From the NCBI GenBank assembly GCA_965217185.1, contig OZ244252.1, positions 1,216,001 through 1,280,000 of the forward strand: a stretch of DNA of 64,000 nt. The letters are read 5' to 3'. A program made the position numbers and the translations under genes. The notes under the pieces were generated by a model. It did not search any database, was not told the DNA's origin, and saw only the letters and a list, made by a program, of their open reading frames with translations. Shown in pieces: positions 58,980 through 64,000 of this stretch. The first letter of the stretch is position 1. Every line of letters begins with the position of its first letter. This DNA is from an uncultured Candidatus Entotheonella sp. (lineage in GTDB: Bacteria > Tectomicrobia > Entotheonellia > Entotheonellales > Entotheonellaceae).

Positions 58980-61649
58980 ATGCAGCTGAAGGCGTATCAA
59001 GCTGACACCCTCACGGTGCTGCGCCGCTTCTTCGAGGAGGCGCGCGTCGCCGGACCCAAGAACGCCTATGAGGCCATCACCCGCGAGCCGGAGCAGGCCG
59101 GGCGGCTTGGCGGCTATGCCGGGGCTTATACGCCGCTGAACGACTTGCCGGACGTGCCCTACGTCTGCCTGCGCCTGCCCACCGGTGGTGGCAAAACGAT
59201 CCTCGCCGCGCATGCCGTGTCCGTCGCCCGCAACGCCTGGATCGAGAAGGACTATCCGCTGGTGCTGTGGCTGGTGCCGAGCAATACCATCCGCCTGCAA
59301 ACGGTCGAAGCCCTGAAAAACCCCCGACATGCCTACCGACAGGTGCTGGACGCCGCGCTTGACGGGCGGGTGCGCGTGTTCGACATTGCCGATTTCACTC
59401 ACATCCGACCGCACGACCTGCGTGACCGCTGTTGCCTGGTGGTCGGCACCATTCAAACACTGCGCGTCAAGAGTACCGAGGGCCGCAAGGTCTACGCCCA
59501 CAACGAGGAAATGGAGCCGCACTTCGCCTCGCTGCCGCAACCAGCGCCGGGCCTGGAGAAGTTGGACGACGGCGCCGTCAAGTTCTCCTTCGCCAACCTG
59601 CTGCACCTGCACCGACCCTTGATGATCGTCGATGAGGCGCACAACGCCGTCACCGGCCTGACGCGCGACATGCAGGCGCGGGTCAACCCGTGCGCCGTTA
59701 TCGAGTTCACGGCGACGCCGCGGGGCAAGTCGAACATCCTGTATAGCGTCAGCGCCCAGGAACTCAAGCGCGCAGACATGATCAAGCTGCCCATCATGCT
59801 TGCCGAGCACGATTCCTGGCAGAATGCGGTGAACGGGGCCATCGCCGCCCGCGCCGCGCTGGCCAAGGCCGCGAAGGACGACCCCGACTACATCCGGCCC
59901 ATCGTCCTGTTCCAGGCGCAGCCGAAAGACCAGGGAGTAACGGTCGGGGCACTGAAAACGCATCTGGTGGACGTCGAGCAGATTCCCGCCAGCAAAATCG
60001 CCGTCGCCACGGGCAACCAGCGCGAGCTCGACGGTATCGACCTGTTCGACCGTGCCTGCCCCATCGAGTACGTCATCACGGTCGAGGCGCTCAAGGAAGG
60101 CTGGGACTGCTCGTTCGCCTACGTCTTCTGTTCCGTGTCGCGTATCCGAAGCGCGACGGACGTGGAGCAGCTTCTCGGCCGCGTGCTGCGCATGCCCTAC
60201 GCCACGCGGCGCCGCAACGCCGACCTGAACAAGGCATACAGCTTCCTGTCCGAGCCGTCCTTTGGCGAGGCGGCGCGCGCCCTGGCCGACAAGCTGGTGG
60301 CCATGGGCTTTGAGGAGGACGAGGCCCTCGATCATATCGAGCCGGTGCAGGGTGCGTTCGAGATTGGTGGGGACTTATTCGGCCCGCGCGAACAGCCGGC
60401 GCCGCTATTCAGTCACATTATCACGGCCAGCCCGGAGGTTTTGTATTCGCTGCAGGCGGTAACGCACGACGGATTCATGGCTCGGGAGGGTGCCGAGGGG
60501 CAGGTCGAAATCGCGGTCACCGGTCGGGTTGACGGCGGCCTGGAGCAGGAGATCTACAAGGCTCTGCCGACAAGTGAGCGGACGCGGTTTTCCCAAGCTT
60601 GCGCCGCCTACCGTGCCGAAATCCACGACCTGCTGTCACCCGCCGAACAGGGGCAGCCCTTCAAGGTTCCGCGCCTCATGGCGGAAGTCCAAGGCACGCT
60701 GGAGTTTGCCGATACGGACCTGCTGATGGAATACCACGACTGGTCGCTGCTCGATTATTCGCCCAAGATGGGGGCGGACGAGTTCGCCATCCGTGAGACG
60801 GCGCGCAGCTTTGAAATCGACTTGGACGGCAGGCACGTCACCTACCAGTTCGCCAGTGAAACAGAGCAGTTGGTTCTGGATACCCACGTCGAAGGCTGGA
60901 CCCCGGAGGGGCTCGTCCTGTGGCTCGACCGCCAAGTGCGCCAGCCCTACATTGCCCAGAGCGACTTGCTCAAGTGGCTGCGGGACCTGGTTGGTCACCT
61001 GCTCCAGGCACGCGGCATGACCCTCGCCGCGCTGATGCGTTGCAAGTTTCTGCTTGCCGGCAAAATCGTGAACAAAATCAAAACCATTCGCCAGCAGGAA
61101 CGTGAAGACGTCTACCAGCGCTGCCTCCTCGTGCCTGATGCCAACGCGACGGTCTCGTTTGACAACGCTTTCACCTTTACGGACGGCATGTACTGGGACC
61201 AGCGGCGTTACCGCGGACACTGGAAGCCGCGCAAGCACTTTCTGGGGCCGGACAACGTGCCCGCTTTCGACGGCGCCGAGGATGGGGAGGAGGCCCGGTG
61301 TGCGCAGGTTATCGACAGTCTGGTGCAGGTGGCGTACTGGGTTCGTAACGTCGCACGCCACCCGGCTTCGTTCTGGCTGCCCACCGCGACGGACAGATTT
61401 TACCCCGACTTTGTCGCCCGGTTAACGGATGGCCGGCTGCTCGTGGTCGAATACAAGGGCGCGCATCTCGCCGAAGGGTCGGATACCGCGGAAAAGCGGA
61501 CCATTGGCGCTTTGTGGCAACGAAAAAGTGACGGTCAGGGCTTGTTCATCGTGGTTGAGAAATTCGTCGACGGGAAAGACGTGCGTCAGCAGTTGGAAGA
61601 TTTTTTGAGGGCCAGTGACCTACCCCGGACCCTGGATTCCCGCCTGTGA
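58980..61649 (+). CDS. Type III restriction enzyme Res subunit (SF2 helicase plus PD-(D/E)xK nuclease)
   Basis: PTGGGKT, VDEAH, EGWD, Q.LGR.LR and FYPDF..VEYKG motifs. Confidence 0.93.
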   Translation: MQLKAYQADTLTVLRRFFEEARVAGPKNAYEAITREPEQAGRLGGYAGAYTPLNDLPDVPYVCLRLPTGGGKTILAAHAVSVARNAWIEKDYPLVLWLVPSNTIRLQTVEALKNPRHAYRQVLDAALDGRVRVFDIADFTHIRPHDLRDRCCLVVGTIQTLRVKSTEGRKVYAHNEEMEPHFASLPQPAPGLEKLDDGAVKFSFANLLHLHRPLMIVDEAHNAVTGLTRDMQARVNPCAVIEFTATPRGKSNILYSVSAQELKRADMIKLPIMLAEHDSWQNAVNGAIAARAALAKAAKDDPDYIRPIVLFQAQPKDQGVTVGALKTHLVDVEQIPASKIAVATGNQRELDGIDLFDRACPIEYVITVEALKEGWDCSFAYVFCSVSRIRSATDVEQLLGRVLRMPYATRRRNADLNKAYSFLSEPSFGEAARALADKLVAMGFEEDEALDHIEPVQGAFEIGGDLFGPREQPAPLFSHIITASPEVLYSLQAVTHDGFMAREGAEGQVEIAVTGRVDGGLEQEIYKALPTSERTRFSQACAAYRAEIHDLLSPAEQGQPFKVPRLMAEVQGTLEFADTDLLMEYHDWSLLDYSPKMGADEFAIRETARSFEIDLDGRHVTYQFASETEQLVLDTHVEGWTPEGLVLWLDRQVRQPYIAQSDLLKWLRDLVGHLLQARGMTLAALMRCKFLLAGKIVNKIKTIRQQEREDVYQRCLLVPDANATVSFDNAFTFTDGMYWDQRRYRGHWKPRKHFLGPDNVPAFDGAEDGEEARCAQVIDSLVQVAYWVRNVARHPASFWLPTATDRFYPDFVARLTDGRLLVVEYKGAHLAEGSDTAEKRTIGALWQRKSDGQGLFIVVEKFVDGKDVRQQLEDFLRASDLPRTLDSRL

Positions 61650-61658
61650 TTGAGGACT

Positions 61659-61757
61659 GTCACTCCGGCGAAAGCCGGAGCCCAGGGGTTTTCGGGAGCA
61701 AATAACCTGCCCCGGACTCGACCGGGGACACTGGATTCCGGCATACGCCGGAATGAC
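61659..61757. repeat. Composite palindromic REP/REPIN-like element
   Basis: GTCACTCCGGCGAAAGCCGGAGCCCAG ... CTGGATTCCGGCATACGCCGGAATGAC inverted pair, with inner hairpin CCCCGG..CCGGGG. Confidence 0.75.
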
Positions 61758-61862
61758 GATCTGGGGGCATTGGACAGGTCTGTTTGAACAGGTATGAACA
61801 GAGGTTTTGCAGCGCCTCAGTTTTTGCGGCGCCCAACATTTCTGAGGAGGCAAGACTTCGAG

Positions 61863-63581
61863 ATGAAACGCATGCTGTGGTTGTTCAGCGTAGTTGTGAT
61901 GGTTGTCGGGCTGTTGGTGGGTTCTTGCGGAGACAGTGATGGGGTCCATGAGACCTTGACCCTCTTGTTCTGGCAGGCCCCCTCCATCGCCAATCCCTAC
62001 CTGTCCGGGGGGAACAAAGACACCGAGGCCGCCGCGTTGGTGCTGGAGCCGCTGGCCAACTATGACGAGAACGGTGAGTTGGTTCCTCGCCTGGCGGCGT
62101 CCATTCCAACGGCGGAAAACGGTGGGGTTTCGGAGGATAGGACCACGATCACCTGGAAGCTGAAAGAGGGCATTCTGTGGTCTGACGGCACACCCTTTTC
62201 GGCAGCGGACGCCGTGTTCACTTACCGGTACTATTGCGCGCTTCCGGGAGGCAACTGTGAAAATGAACCCATCGAAGACGTGGCGGCGCTTGACGATCTG
62301 ACCCTGCAAATCACCTTCAGGGCTCCCCAATCGTATCCCTACAACAGCTTCGTTGGCGCTGGCGGCGTCATTCTTCAGAAAGCGCAGTTTGAAGACTGTC
62401 TCGGCGAAGCCGCCCGGCAGTGTGAGACGGAAAACTTGTACCCCATTGGTACGGGTCCCTACAAAATCGCTGATTTCCAAATCGACGCGGCGGGTGGGGC
62501 TTCCGACATCGTTTACGAAATCAACGGGCGTTTCCGCACGTCCGGCCAACCCTTCTTTTCCGAGGCGATCCTCAAGGGCGGTGGAAGCGCCATCGACGCG
62601 GCCCGGGCCGTCTTGGAAACAGGCAACGCCGACTACGCTTGGAACTTGCAAGTTGAGCCGGACGTCTTGCAGTCCCTGCAGGCATCGGGCAGAGGAACCT
62701 TGGTGGCCGCTTTCGCTTCAAACGTTGAGCGGCTGTTGGTCAACTTCACCAATCCCGACCCTGATCTGGGAAACATACGCTCCGAGTGGTCGGCCGAGGA
62801 CCCCAATCCCCATCCATTCCTGAGCGAACTCGACGTGCGCCGTGCCTTGTCCCTGGCGATTAACCGCGACCATGTCGCGGAACAACTCTATGGCACCACG
62901 GGTGAGCCGACTTGTAACGTGGTCACGGCGCCTCTGCGGTATGTTTCACCCCATAACGATGCCTGTTTAGACCAGGATATCGCGGCGGCGAAGTCCCAGC
63001 TCGACGCCGCTGGCTGGCTGCCTGGTCCCGATGGCATCCGCCAGAAAAACGGCGTCCGACTGAGCATTCTCTACCAGACCTCCACCAACTCGGTCCGCCA
63101 GAAGACGCAAGAGTTGATTCAGGAGTGGTGGCAAGAGCTTGGCGTGGAGACGGAATTGAAGGACATCGATGCGGGCGATTTCTTTGGGGGCGACCCCGAT
63201 AATCCAGACACCGTAGGCAGGTTCTACGCCGACATTCAAATGTATACCAGTGGGCCTGGGATCGACCCGCAGGGTTACCTGAGAAGCTGGCGCACGAGCG
63301 AGATTGCGAGCGCTGAGAACGACTGGGAGGGCGCCAATGTGCCCCGCTGGTTCAGCTTGGAGTATGACGCCGCCTACGAGGAACTGGAAGGCGCCCCTCT
63401 TGGGTCAGAGCGCGTGGACTTGATTATCGAGTTGAACGACCTGTTGGTGCAGAACTACGTCCTGATTCCCCTGGTCAACCGCGCCACCGTCTCGTCGGCT
63501 GTCAGCAATGACCTCAAAGGGGTTCGACTCAACGCCTGGGATGCCGAATTGTGGAATATCCACGAATGGTATCGGGAGTGA
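61863..63581 (+). CDS. Peptide/nickel ABC transporter substrate-binding lipoprotein (family 5)
   Basis: Lipobox LVGSC; W.LKEGI.WSDG.PF.A.D, PIGTGPY and VRRALSLAINR motifs. Confidence 0.93.
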   Translation: MKRMLWLFSVVVMVVGLLVGSCGDSDGVHETLTLLFWQAPSIANPYLSGGNKDTEAAALVLEPLANYDENGELVPRLAASIPTAENGGVSEDRTTITWKLKEGILWSDGTPFSAADAVFTYRYYCALPGGNCENEPIEDVAALDDLTLQITFRAPQSYPYNSFVGAGGVILQKAQFEDCLGEAARQCETENLYPIGTGPYKIADFQIDAAGGASDIVYEINGRFRTSGQPFFSEAILKGGGSAIDAARAVLETGNADYAWNLQVEPDVLQSLQASGRGTLVAAFASNVERLLVNFTNPDPDLGNIRSEWSAEDPNPHPFLSELDVRRALSLAINRDHVAEQLYGTTGEPTCNVVTAPLRYVSPHNDACLDQDIAAAKSQLDAAGWLPGPDGIRQKNGVRLSILYQTSTNSVRQKTQELIQEWWQELGVETELKDIDAGDFFGGDPDNPDTVGRFYADIQMYTSGPGIDPQGYLRSWRTSEIASAENDWEGANVPRWFSLEYDAAYEELEGAPLGSERVDLIIELNDLLVQNYVLIPLVNRATVSSAVSNDLKGVRLNAWDAELWNIHEWYRE

Positions 63582-63615
63582 TTCACCGTTAAGCCCGACG
63601 GAAACATCGCCCTGT

Positions 63616-63999
63616 TCAGAACTCCCCTGCCCCAAACAGGTCCGTCACGGTGCCGTCCACGTGCAGGATGCCTAGCGTCTGGATGACGGCAGGCGCGATT
63701 GCCGCGTTCCGGGCCGCGTCTTGGCCGGCGCACAGTCGCTCCAGCAGTGCGGCCACCGACGTGCGGCCATCGATCAGCGACACGACCTGCGCCGCCAACG
63801 GACTGCACGGCGTGCCTTCCGGGTAGCCGTCCGTTATCAGCACGTGGCCCCACACGAATTCTCCCGCGCCGAGAACGGGTTTTCTCTTGACGGCTACGCC
63901 GGCGACGAGGCGGGGAACCGCTGCCAGGAGTGTCTCGGATGCTTCAGGCTTTGTTAGTTGCGCCCGGCGTGCGGCGCGGGCTGATTCCACGGCGCGGAC
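63616..63999 (-). CDS. C-terminal part of a protein running off the window (possible winged-helix/PqqD-like tail)
   Basis: Frame is open to the window edge; V.SLIDG.TSV..L..RL pattern. Confidence 0.55.
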   Translation of the reverse strand, partial: VRAVESARAARRAQLTKPEASETLLAAVPRLVAGVAVKRKPVLGAGEFVWGHVLITDGYPEGTPCSPLAAQVVSLIDGRTSVAALLERLCAGQDAARNAAIAPAVIQTLGILHVDGTVTDLFGAGEF

Positions 64000-64000
64000 A

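Overview
GC-rich bacterial chromosomal window with about 65 genes. No rRNA, intact tRNA, CRISPR array, transposase or integrase was recognised. Positions 1-51 kb are mostly metabolic or housekeeping: IorAB-type molybdoenzyme, tatC, eno, nadQ-nadA-nadC, otsB, nnr, xylB, moaA, LLM monooxygenase, hisI-hisG, mrp, an RpoD-like sigma factor, ahcY, tenA, and a two-component system next to a DegQ/HtrA protease. Positions 51.2-61.7 kb form a defence-type island: several toxin-antitoxin modules whose toxins are mostly broken, an XRE-HTH/ImmA-IrrE peptidase fusion, a KAP P-loop NTPase, a DUF4258/YgiT pair and a type III restriction-modification system. The strongest signals missed by the ORF track are two probable selenoproteins with an in-frame TGA at the first Cys of a redox CxxC motif. 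One is a membrane-anchored DsbA-like protein (UPHC, with a clear SECIS-like hairpin) coupled to a MauE/DoxX gene. The other is a glutaredoxin/NrdH-DinB fusion (USSC). Also notable: a promoter / short transcript / terminator unit between two NadQ boxes upstream of nadA, a contracted CxCH heme motif, a nonsense-truncated HigB, and an 11-bp-phased repeat array upstream of degQ. All family assignments come from motif recognition by eye; no database searches were run.
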